A stretch of DNA of 64,000 nt from Octopus vulgaris (Eukaryota), in the NCBI GenBank assembly GCA_951406725.2, contig OX597830.1, forward strand, positions 13,640,001 to 13,704,000, read 5' to 3'. Both the position numbers and the translations under genes were made by a program. Within the stretch, counting starts at the first letter, position 1, and each line of letters begins with the position of its first letter. Below are positions 53,758 to 64,000 of the stretch, in pieces. The notes under the pieces were generated by a model, which had not been told where the DNA came from, did no database searches, and worked only from the letters and a program-made list of their open reading frames with translations.

Positions 53758-54308
53758 GTGGCTGCCCCCTCGTTATCGAGTATGGCCATTGCGCGAAGCT
53801 TAATCAATGTTGTTATCGTGCAATGCCTGTGCAAGAAGATTTTTTTTAAAGTGAGGAAAGGCTGTGCACTGAGTCAATCCCACTCGCTAAGCAACAGCAG
53901 CCATAATCCGAAAAGAAGAACAAGTCAACATCATCGGTAACCACTGACCCGCAGGTTTTATGTCGGAGTTATTCCAGTTACCTGAGTTACCTTCTCGTAG
54001 AAGGATGCCCTAACAAAGCTAAGAGTCCTTAAATCCCAATGGTTTCAACGCGCGATCGGGTATTCAGTCCGATTATTTCTATGTCCCCGCGCATGATACA
54101 CCCTTAAGACATTTATTGGATGGTCGTTGACTCTCAAGAGTTCCTCCGCCACATGACGGGTTTTGTTTTTCATCCCGCAGGGTGTCCAATAAACACCCTC
54201 CTCACCAAGCAAGCTTGGTGGGGTTGCCGGTTTAGTCGCCGACGACCCGACCATGCAACAGGTTGTACTGGGTTACATGTTACCAGTAGCATTCGAAAGT
54301 GACCTGAT
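53758..54308 (-). mobile_element. Probable RTE LINE 5'UTR-derived repeat
   Basis: GC-richer non-coding block between (TACA)n runs; 'ccggtttagtcgccg' and 'ccttctcgtag' recall RTE/BovB-like 5' regions (from memory only). Confidence 0.35.
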
Positions 54309-55741
54309 ATAAACGTACATACATACATATATACATACATACATGCACATGCACGTACGCACGCAAGCTAGCGCGCGCACACATACACATACACTTTACG
54401 GTAGTTAAAATATGTTTGTGGCTCACTTCCCCTTCTAAAGACAAATTCACTACATTTACATTAGAGAAAAGATTCTCTCCAATAGTAAAAGGCGTAAAAC
54501 CCCAATATCTGCTGAGTGTGCCTCCTGGCAGATTCTCGGGGACACTGCGTTTCTTCCTCTTAAGACGTTATCAATAGAAAATACCGACGAACGGTAACTC
54601 TAGGCAGATTTAAAACCGTGGATTTAACAACATTGTCTGAGGTGCGCTATTAGACGGTCAGATCGGAAGAAATTCAGCAGTCAGCGCCGTGCAGTGTTTA
54701 GGCATAGTCGAACATATTTCAACTTCTAAAGACAAAATTCACTGCTAACTGAGCCTACCAGGAGGCCCCTAATGCGGAGCCTTAAAACCATGAAACTCAA
54801 CATCGACGAAACATTTGCTTGATATTTAGGGAACTTGCAGAACTGAGTAACAATCTCCTTACAAAATTTTCTAAAGAAAACAAAAGAAAACTGAAATCAG
54901 CAAAATCTTAAGTTCAGTTTCTCCGTAATAACTTTAACAGCAAAAAGCGACTAAAAAGAATACAAGAATTTATTAGAACTCACAGTAATGTTCAGAAAGA
55001 GAAGCAATGAAAATAGCGATGAAATTGACTTTAAAACAAATTAGAAAAGCTGGTAAAGAATAAATAATAAATGTGTGAAAGACTACAGTAACAATAGATG
55101 TAAATGAGATATAGACAGATATAAAAACTGATGGAGAATAGATGGAAACTAAGTTACAAATTTGATTCTCAGCAAGAAAAATAAAGCATGAAGAAGATGA
55201 AATATTTAGACTAGTCACAGTTTTAATTTAGGTCATTCTTATAAGTGATAGTGGGCTTAGGAAGTATATCTGGAAGTACAGGAAATATATTTAGCAATTA
55301 AAAAAAACAACAACAAAAACAGTTAAGAAATGACTGATGAATTCAAGAATTTACTTGCCACAATTTCTACTTGAAAATGTAATGTCACCATTTTTTCCAC
55401 GATACAATATTTATTGACATTTGTATGCAGTAATTCAATAAACACTCCCTTTCTACGCTACATTGTATACAGAGGTGCATATGACAGCAGAAGAGGAAGA
55501 AGAGAGGAGAGATGGTGGGAGGGGGTGGTGGTGGGGAGTGGAAAAAGAGGAGGGGACGAAGACTTAGAAAGAGTCATATGCGTATTCCAAAGAAATGTTT
55601 AAAAGATTCTTACATTTGGGTGTCTGCATATGTGTCCACACAAACATGTATACATACATGCATGAAAACATACATACATACATACATACATACATACATA
55701 CATACATACATACATACATACGTACGTACGTACGTACGTAC

Positions 55742-55774
<33 letters not shown>

Positions 55775-55809
55775 CATACGTATGTATATATGTATGTATA
55801 CATACATAC

Positions 55810-55869
<60 letters not shown>

Positions 55870-56481
55870 ATACATACATAAATGCATAAATATACACACA
55901 AATAAATTATAGATGAGTAAATTTTATTAGTAAAATATATAATATTTCTGTGAAAACACTTTTCATGATGAAATCAGAAAATATATTTTGATACGATAAA
56001 ACAAGGGTCATAAAGAAAACAGTCACCATGTTTTTATTGCAACCCTTGATCGCCAAACAGATGTGATATGTGGTGGATGATGAAGTATACAGTTAGTGAA
56101 GGGGATAATATTTTATAGCCTACAATGTAGATTTATGAGAAATATTTCCAGACAAAAAACTCAGACTAACAAACGCGAAGCAAGCGACTGCAGATATATT
56201 TGGAGAAGAGTTTGTTCATTAATATTGTAAACGTCCCCGATTAGAGAAATTCAACATTGTATTTTCACTGATTCCAGTTGGGATATCCTGTCTGGAGTGT
56301 TTACCACGTGGATGGAAGGGAACTAAAAAACATCCCCTCATTTATATGATGTAAATAAATTATGTTGAGTGCGATAGATTAGTAGAAAAGGTCTGGCTAT
56401 TGAACAGAAATTCCGTCTGATACTTCTGAGTATAAATACTACTTTCTCTTTAATTCTTCCAGGACGTCATGTATACTTCAG

Positions 56482-56575
<94 letters not shown>

Positions 56576-56669
56576 ACACATATATATATATACACATATA
56601 TATATGTGTGTGTGCGTGTGTGTGTGTGTCTGTGTGTGTTTGTAATGTATATATGTAGTGGTTTGAAAG

Positions 56670-56870
56670 CTTGGTACAATGCCAGAAATTTCGGGAGGAG
56701 GGGTAAATCGATTACATCGACCCTAATGCTCAATTGGTACTTATTCTATCGACTGCGAAGAGATCAAAGGCAAAGTTGAATTCGGCGGAATTTGAACTCA
56801 TAACATAAGGACAAACGAAATACTGCTAAGCATTTTGCCCAGCATGCTAACAGTTCTGTCAGCTCGCCGC
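56670..56870 (-). mobile_element. SINE family B
   Basis: cgattacatcgacc...ggcggaatttgaactc...cagctcgccgc. Confidence 0.85.
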
Positions 56871-57062
56871 ATTGAATATGTATAATATGTACAGAAACAT
56901 ACTTTGTATTCAAGTGAGCAGACGTGCAGAGATTTAAAGCCAGAAAGAAGCAAGTACCACCACCCAAATGCATCAGACTCTAAGAGAAAGCTATAAGGCT
57001 CGTCAGGCAAACATTTTTCTGTGGGTGACCGGTTTTCTCCTGTGCAGCAAGGGAAGATTGAA

Positions 57063-57156
57063 TTTTCCTGAAGAGGTGAGAGTAATATCGCTCTCGCTAG
57101 ACGTGTTTCTTATATCCGGGAGCACAAAACCGATCATTATCACCGAAATCACAGGG
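57063..57156 (+). ncRNA. Possible hammerhead-like motif with 70-nt stem II
   Basis: CUGAAGA gguga...ucacc GAAA ucacaggg; stem III and cleavage triplet are not canonical. Confidence 0.35.
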
Positions 57157-57229
57157 CCCAGGGCGGGGATAGACATGATGTTCTTTACCAACTCAAGAAA
57201 GCGAAACGCCGGGAAAAAGTCATATACAT

Positions 57230-57932
57230 TGATATATATATAAATGTGTATACATATAGATCTATATATACAGATATATACATATAAATCTCTGTACATA
57301 TATAAATATATATCTATATATGCATATATATATATACATATATAGATAAATATATATATTTATGTATATATGCATAAATATACATATGTACATATATATA
57401 TATATACACATATATACATGTGTACATATATTTATACATACACATACGTACATATATACATACATACATATGTATATACATATATGCTTATATATACATA
57501 TACATCTAGTCATACAGATCTCTGTATATATATATACACATATATATGCGCAGATGTATATACACAGGCATGCATACATATATATATATATATATATACG
57601 CAATATATATATATATATATGTGTATACAGATATACATAATATAGGTATGTAAGTGTGTGTGTGTGTATGAATATGTATTTGTATATACATATATATATA
57701 TATGTATCTAGATGTATGTATATATATGTACGTATATGTGTGTATGTATATATGCATATCTGTATATATATAAGCATGCATATATATGTATACATATATG
57801 TATATACACACTCACACACGCACACATATATATATATAAATATATACGTATATATATGTATATATATATATATTTGTATATTTATATATAAATGTATATA
57901 TATATATATATATGTGCTTGTGTGTATATATA

Positions 57933-58014
<82 letters not shown>

Positions 58015-58035
58015 CGTGTGTATGTGTGTGTGTAT
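57230..58035. repeat. Degenerate (TA/CA) low-complexity tract
   Basis: Directly visible. Confidence 0.9.
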
Positions 58036-58665
58036 ATATTATAGATGGCAAATGAAAGACGGAAGATGGAATATACTAGAATTTATTATTAATCTTGAAA
58101 ATTATTTCGACACAACTAGCATCGATTCCTCATGGGTGGAACACTTAACAACTGTTTCAGGAGCATCCGGCGGTGCAGATATATTACGTCGGGTGAGGAA
58201 TAAATATAACTCGTTAAAATATATGTTCTTGAATGTAGCTTACCATTTTGTAGAAAGGAAAACAGCCAGACGAATATAGAATATCAAAAATAAAATCACA
58301 GACAGCAAAAAGAGAAACGAACACGCAATCCAGCGAGAAAAGCTTTAAGATTAACTGTCAACATATACGGATGTATAAACGCCCTCGAGCAAGCTGCATG
58401 GCGCGAGTACACTCGCTCGTTCAAGCATGCGCAAAAATGTGAGCATATGCACACGTGACGTTTGGTGTACGTATGATCACAAAGCGAGTTATCTATCTAC
58501 TTGGGGTTAATAAGAATGGAGAGGTTAAAAGTAAACTTTAAGTTATCTATACCTTAAAGTAAATCAAATTAATGTAACAGTTACTCAAAATACATTCTCA
58601 CTGCATTGTACGAAAGTAAATTTATTAGCGTGTAGGCATCCCGAGAGTTTTTCAGAAATTCTATG

Positions 58666-58699
<34 letters not shown>

Positions 58700-58949
58700 T
58701 GTATGTATGTATGTATATATATGTATTTATATATATATGTATGTATATATATGTATATAAAGAACAAATATTATATGCATATTTATGTTTGTATATAAAT
58801 ATATATATTTATGTATGTATATATATGTATATATATATGTATGTATATATATGCATGTATGTATATATATGTTTATGTATATATATGTACACAAAGAATA
58901 AATTATTATATGTATATATGTATATATGCATGTATATAGATATATCTAC

Positions 58950-59543
58950 ATTCCGCTCCCACATACGCCACCCCCACCCTTACAACCCACAGCCCACCAT
59001 TGCTTTCCTCCCCCTCGCCTCCCCATCACCCAGCACCACCACACCAAACCACACCACACACCACCACACCACATCATGCCACACCATACCACACACTATC
59101 ATACCACAAACCACCATTCCACAGCACATCACACCATCCCACACACACTAGCATTGACCACTTCCCAGCACCCATACCATCATCCACACGCCTACACATG
59201 CACACACACATACGTCAAGGTCACCAGCCCCTATCCACAAGCACATACACGCTCTCACATACACACGCACGCATACCTTCGTTTTGGGATCACCACTACT
59301 TTGTTATCTCCCCTTCTTCCTAGCTCTCCTGTCTAACCACCTCTGTGCGGCATTTGCCATGATCAATCGCTAGCCACTAAACCTTTCTTTATTTTCTCTC
59401 TCTTGTGTTCCTCTCTGTTGAAGAGCGTAGGCTCGAAACGTAAAACACTTTCTCACTTCCCGAGCGTTAATCTAATACATCTGTTTGTTGTTTATACACC
59501 CATCTTCGTCCATTGTCTCGTTTGTTTTTTTTATAAATTCCAA

Positions 59544-59545
<2 letters not shown>
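58950..59545 (+). mobile_element. Neptune PLE 3'UTR/pLTR fragment (same family as 16100-19325)
   Basis: ccttcgttttgggatcac...ctagctctcctgtctaaccacct and the HHR region shared with 19050-19325. Confidence 0.85.
59405..59448 (+). ncRNA. Minimal hammerhead-like motif with A6U variant core
   Basis: CUGUUGA a gagc-guag-gcuc GAAA CGUA. Confidence 0.55.
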
Positions 59546-59575
<30 letters not shown>

Positions 59576-59580
59576 GTATA

Positions 59581-59622
<42 letters not shown>

Positions 59623-59820
59623 ATTGATGTAGCGACATTTGAAATTTTGTCTAGGTGAATCTAGCCGATGAGAACTAATCAAATTTATGTCAACAAACGT
59701 AAATTTGGAAATTTCGAAACCTAGGTCCTAGATTACCCACATCTGGGTTGTACATTTATTTAATGTTCTTCTCACAGGTAAGATGAAATTTTTTATGTCC
59801 GCCGAGCGCAAACGTTTTTG

Positions 59821-59871
<51 letters not shown>

Positions 59872-59992
59872 GGTGAAGCTTTACTATAGAGTCGTACATT
59901 ATTGACTGCTATTTCCAGTAAATATTGGTGCATTGTTGTACCACTATCCTATATTCATACTTAAACCCGATGGTGTTTTGTTTTTGCCGTGA

Positions 59993-60345
59993 ACAGGAAT
60001 TAATCATCTCCTTTCGCTCCTTTGCGACACAAGGGATCAACTCTCCTCCCCTCTTCATCTGACACCCCTCCTCTCTTCTCTCTTCCTCTCACACCTACTT
60101 CCTCTCTTCACTCCTACCCACCTCTCTCCTCCTCGCTTGCCCTGATACCTACTTCCTCTCTTCCCTCCTACTCACCTTCTCCCTTCATCGTTACCCCCAA
60201 AGTTTTTTTTCCAAGTTCTGGGGTCTCCCGTCCCTAAGCCCTAGACTATCACCTAATCACCCTTACCCGTCTTGTTGCTTAACAAGAACAAGAACAAGAA
60301 CAACACCACCCCACATATCCCAACCCCCACCATCCCAACACATAT
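59993..60345 (+). mobile_element. Neptune PLE endonuclease C-terminus plus start of 3'UTR
   Basis: EQELIISFRSFATQGINSPPLFI* matches 18640-18706. Confidence 0.8.
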
Positions 60346-62308
60346 GCGAAACACTGTGGTCAATGTGATCAACCCCACTCCGTAATTGCTGGCCTTGTGC
60401 CAAAATTCAAAATCGACATGATACGAACGAACGAGTCCATCCCTATTTCTATAGACTTTTGTCAGCTGCGCTTCTGTATTATGCGAGTAAGGAAAATGAG
60501 TAAGGATACTGCATAAATGGAGATTTGAAGTGTATGTTTTTCCTGATATGCTGAAGTTAGTCTACACACAGCTCAGTCTCATTGAAAATTCTCTTTGCAT
60601 GCTGATGATTATGACAGAGCCATTCAACAAGTTAAAGAAATTTAAATGATAAAAGAAATAATTTCAAAAAATATGTTTTTTTTCAAGTTTAGACTCTCGA
60701 TTTGAATAAATGCTGTAATGCTCTTGCGAAAATGGAATAATTGAGTGATAGCTTCCGACAATAAAACCATTGTTGTTAAATAATAAAGGTAATAGAAAAA
60801 AAGAAAACACGAAGGGGAAACAAGAAATGTTCACAAACACAAACCGAATTACAAAGGCAACTGTCACTATACTAACAAAATCTGTAACAAAAAATTTTCT
60901 TTTCTAAAAATTCCGATCTCTATATTTTGGGTTGCCAAGCTCAATTATTATTGTTACTGAATGTCATGTTTAATAAAAAGATTTGGTTCGTTGGATTATT
61001 TAGGAAACACAGAGAAAAGAAAATAACGCCGTTTGTTCTACGATCAGAATTTTTTTTTTTGCTTACTCTGTATAGAATCTTTCCGTTGTAACACCCGGCT
61101 TTAGAGTGGGGTTGGGTGACAATGTCTGTTAAAAGAATCCATAAAAATAACCAATTCTTAATCAATTCTTTTGTTCTTCACAGAACTTTCTCAAAGTTTC
61201 TCATAGCTTCTCTCATTGATCAAAGACATCAAATGTGTAAGCATTGTTTGAAACTTACGGACTATTTATTTTTCAAGAAACGATAAAAGGATTAAAATAA
61301 AATTCAGAATCAAGCTATGAAGAAATAGAATTCTTCAGAATAAAATGTTAGTAATTTTAGAATACGACTACAGGTTTCAACTAGGAAAGAAAGATATGAG
61401 GGCAATTAAACCGAGATATAAACAACAAGGCAATCAATATATATATATATATGTGGCTCACTTTCTCTCCCCATCTATCTCTCTCTCTCTTTCTCTCTCT
61501 CCATATATAATCAAGACAAGGCAACAGTAAACAAAGTGAAAATTCTTCAAGATGTGAATGTAACACTTCAGGCTGGCATCAGGTGTTGCCTCTGCTTCGA
61601 AATATTCTTAAAAATATTCTTAAAACCATTTGCTCCTCAAATCCTGCCCACAGCATTTAATCTTAAATTAGAAAAGCTTCATATAAGAAAATGACTATTT
61701 CTTTAGTGTTTGGATTTTCATTTCAAATTCATTCGCTAAAAACTAATGTTTTACTTCCTTTTTCACTATTTGTCAAAAGCAATTACCTTGTTTTTCCTTT
61801 ACTATCTTAAATGTTATATACAACCTGGAAGCATGTTTTTTTTTTTGTTTCTTTTAAATTGTTTTCTGTAAATTCTAATATTAAAACAGCAGATAATTTG
61901 CTAAAATTAACCACAAAACCTGCTCAAGTTTTATAAAATATTTTGAAGCAAAATCTATACAGCAAACGTTTTATCTATCTGCGTCTGTGTTAGTACTTCA
62001 AAGGACGTCAAAATTATTCTAGCAGACAAGCTTACAATAGAGTAAGAGAAAGAAAAAAAAAATAATGTTATTCACAATGAAATGGATCTGTTATGTAAAC
62101 AGATACCTAAAAAAAAAAAAAATATCTTTTCAGATGATACATAGACGCACATTTTGATGTACTCATAGCTGCTGTATGATCCGGGGTTCGATTGCACTGC
62201 GCCTTCAGCAAGTGTATTTTATTTTAGTTTCCTCATGACGGAAGGTTTTCATATTCAGAATTGCGGGATCCTGTCGTGACTGTTAATGTGTGTGTATGTG
62301 TGTGTGTC

Positions 62309-62340
<32 letters not shown>

Positions 62341-62468
62341 TGTATGTATGTATGTATGTATGTATGTATGTATGTATGTATGTATGTATGTATGTTTGTA
62401 TGTATGTATGTATATATATATATATATGTGTGTATGAACGTGTGTGTATGTATGTGTGTGTATGTATG

Positions 62469-62494
<26 letters not shown>

Positions 62495-62500
<6 letters not shown>

Positions 62501-63305
62501 TATATATAAGTCGTTCTGTCTGTCCGTGGGTATGTCTTCTAGGATATCGGGCATCCTCCATCCGATTGCGCTCAAATTTGATATATAGATATCGAAGGTA
62601 TCAGGGCGTGTATAAGTCTTGAAAAAATTTCAAAAATTGATTCTAGGTGAGAATGCGATCGATAAAGCCGTGGGAACGTGCATTTGTACGCGCAAGTACA
62701 TCAGCTGTTGCGGTCGATACTACGCAAACACGAAAAAAATGCACGTGCAGTTTGCGTAAAAAAAGCCGGCTGGCTTGAAACAATGCCACATAATGCAGTA
62801 TATTTAAGAGACCAAAAATGTAAGATGCAAAAAATATATTTTCATCGAACTTGGCCGGAAGGAAGGAAAGATTATTTGGTTTCTCAAGAAGTTTTTTTTT
62901 TTTTGCTTAAACTTCGTTTAACAAAACCAAAAGTTTTATTGAAAAAAAGGCATGCTTAATTATTTTTTAATGAAAAGAAAACACTGATTGCTTTTTATTC
63001 AAGGAAGAAAATACTATTTTCTTGCTAATAAATGATTTACCATGTTTGTGTTCTCCCAGTCAACAGCCTTATCATTACTGGAACTTTAAAATCTCCGGTT
63101 GCATATTTGTGTGAATAAAATCGTTTTTCTTTGGAATAGAAAAAAAGTCTATCTTTATTTCTTCTTTTGCTGATGTCTGAAATTTAGGTTAAATCAGTGT
63201 CTCTCAAAGGGGAGGCTTATGGGACGGCCGGACAAGTTGTTTTGAGAAAATTTGGTTTAAATCTTTGACAACTCAGCACGAAAGTATTACGAGACGATAC
63301 ACTAG
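62495..63305 (+). mobile_element. Non-autonomous Helitron-like (Lep1/DINE-like) element
   Basis: tatatataagtcgttctgtctgtcc..ccgattgcgctcaaatttg start; ends gatacaCTAG; hairpin degenerate. Confidence 0.5.
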
Positions 63306-63448
63306 CACCCTAAACACTAACATCATAACACTGGACCCTTTTTGCGTACATCTTCTGGCTGTTTATCTTTGGATTTCAAATCCCAACCAAAACAACTTTT
63401 CATTTCATCTCTCGAAGGTCAATAATATATAAAGCGTAACAGTCAAGT

Positions 63449-63740
63449 GTGAAGGCACATGGCTCAGTGGTTAGAGCATCGGGATCACAATCATGAGGTA
63501 GTGAGTTCGATTCCGGGACTGGGCTGTGTGTTGTGTTCTTGAGCAAGATACTTTATTTCACGTTGTTCCAGTTCCCTCAGCTGTAGAAATGAGTTGCGAC
63601 GTCACAGGTGCCAAGCTGTATCGGCCTCTTTGCCTTTCCCTTGGATAACATCGGTGGAGTGGGGAGGATGGTGTACACGGACGACTGCTGGACTTCCATA
63701 AACAACCGTGCCTCGGAGGGGAACTTTCTCTTTCACCCTT
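63449..63740 (+). mobile_element. SINE family D with perfect 12-bp TSD
   Basis: TSD taacagtcaagt at 63437-63448 and 63741-63752; A-box tggctcagtgg, B-box gagttcgattcc. Confidence 0.9.
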
Positions 63741-63902
63741 TAACAGTCAAGTACCAAGGCTGATACAATCGACTATTCTCTCCAGCCAAATTTCTTATCT
63801 GGTTCCTGAAGAATAAATCATAGATTTGGATAACTTCTCGGGTATAATGTAAAGGAGAACCATATCATATTTTTCGGCTGATATAAACGTTTTCCTGTAG
63901 CG

Positions 63903-64000
63903 CAGTGGTTCTCAAACTTCTTTTCCTCTCTGGCCCATATTTTGTGTCCGAAAAAATCCCAGGCCCGCATATTGAAATCCGAAATTTCTACTGGAAAAAT
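63903..64000 (+). mobile_element. Probable hAT/Charlie MITE left end, truncated by the window edge
   Basis: cagtggttctcaaact terminus. Confidence 0.45.

Noticed and set aside
54480-54850. LINE RT remnant (GVKPQYLLS)
   Set aside because: Single weak motif, no YADD-like motif found

Overview
AT-rich, microsatellite-saturated animal genomic DNA. From recognition of the repeat families it is most likely Octopus or another coleoid cephalopod; this is an inference, not a database result. No host protein-coding exon could be supported, and almost all ORFs in the track are microsatellite artefacts. The window is a transposon graveyard. It holds four tRNA-derived SINE families (about 20 copies), a near full-length decayed Neptune-type Penelope-like element (PLE), a Naiad-type PLE remnant, a decayed autonomous Helitron plus non-autonomous Helitron-like elements, R4/Dong, RTE and CRE-like LINE fragments, a rearranged mariner with two 5' ends, and Tigger/hAT MITEs. 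The most notable signal is about ten hammerhead-ribozyme (HHR)-like motifs (CUGANGA...GAAA...UH) from several unrelated repeat families. Most have palindromic stem III, three carry unusually long (50-73 nt) stem II inserts, and one ~215-bp non-coding HHR-bearing repeat occurs twice (retrozyme-like). Several long inverted repeats could form dsRNA. All motif and family assignments were made by eye.
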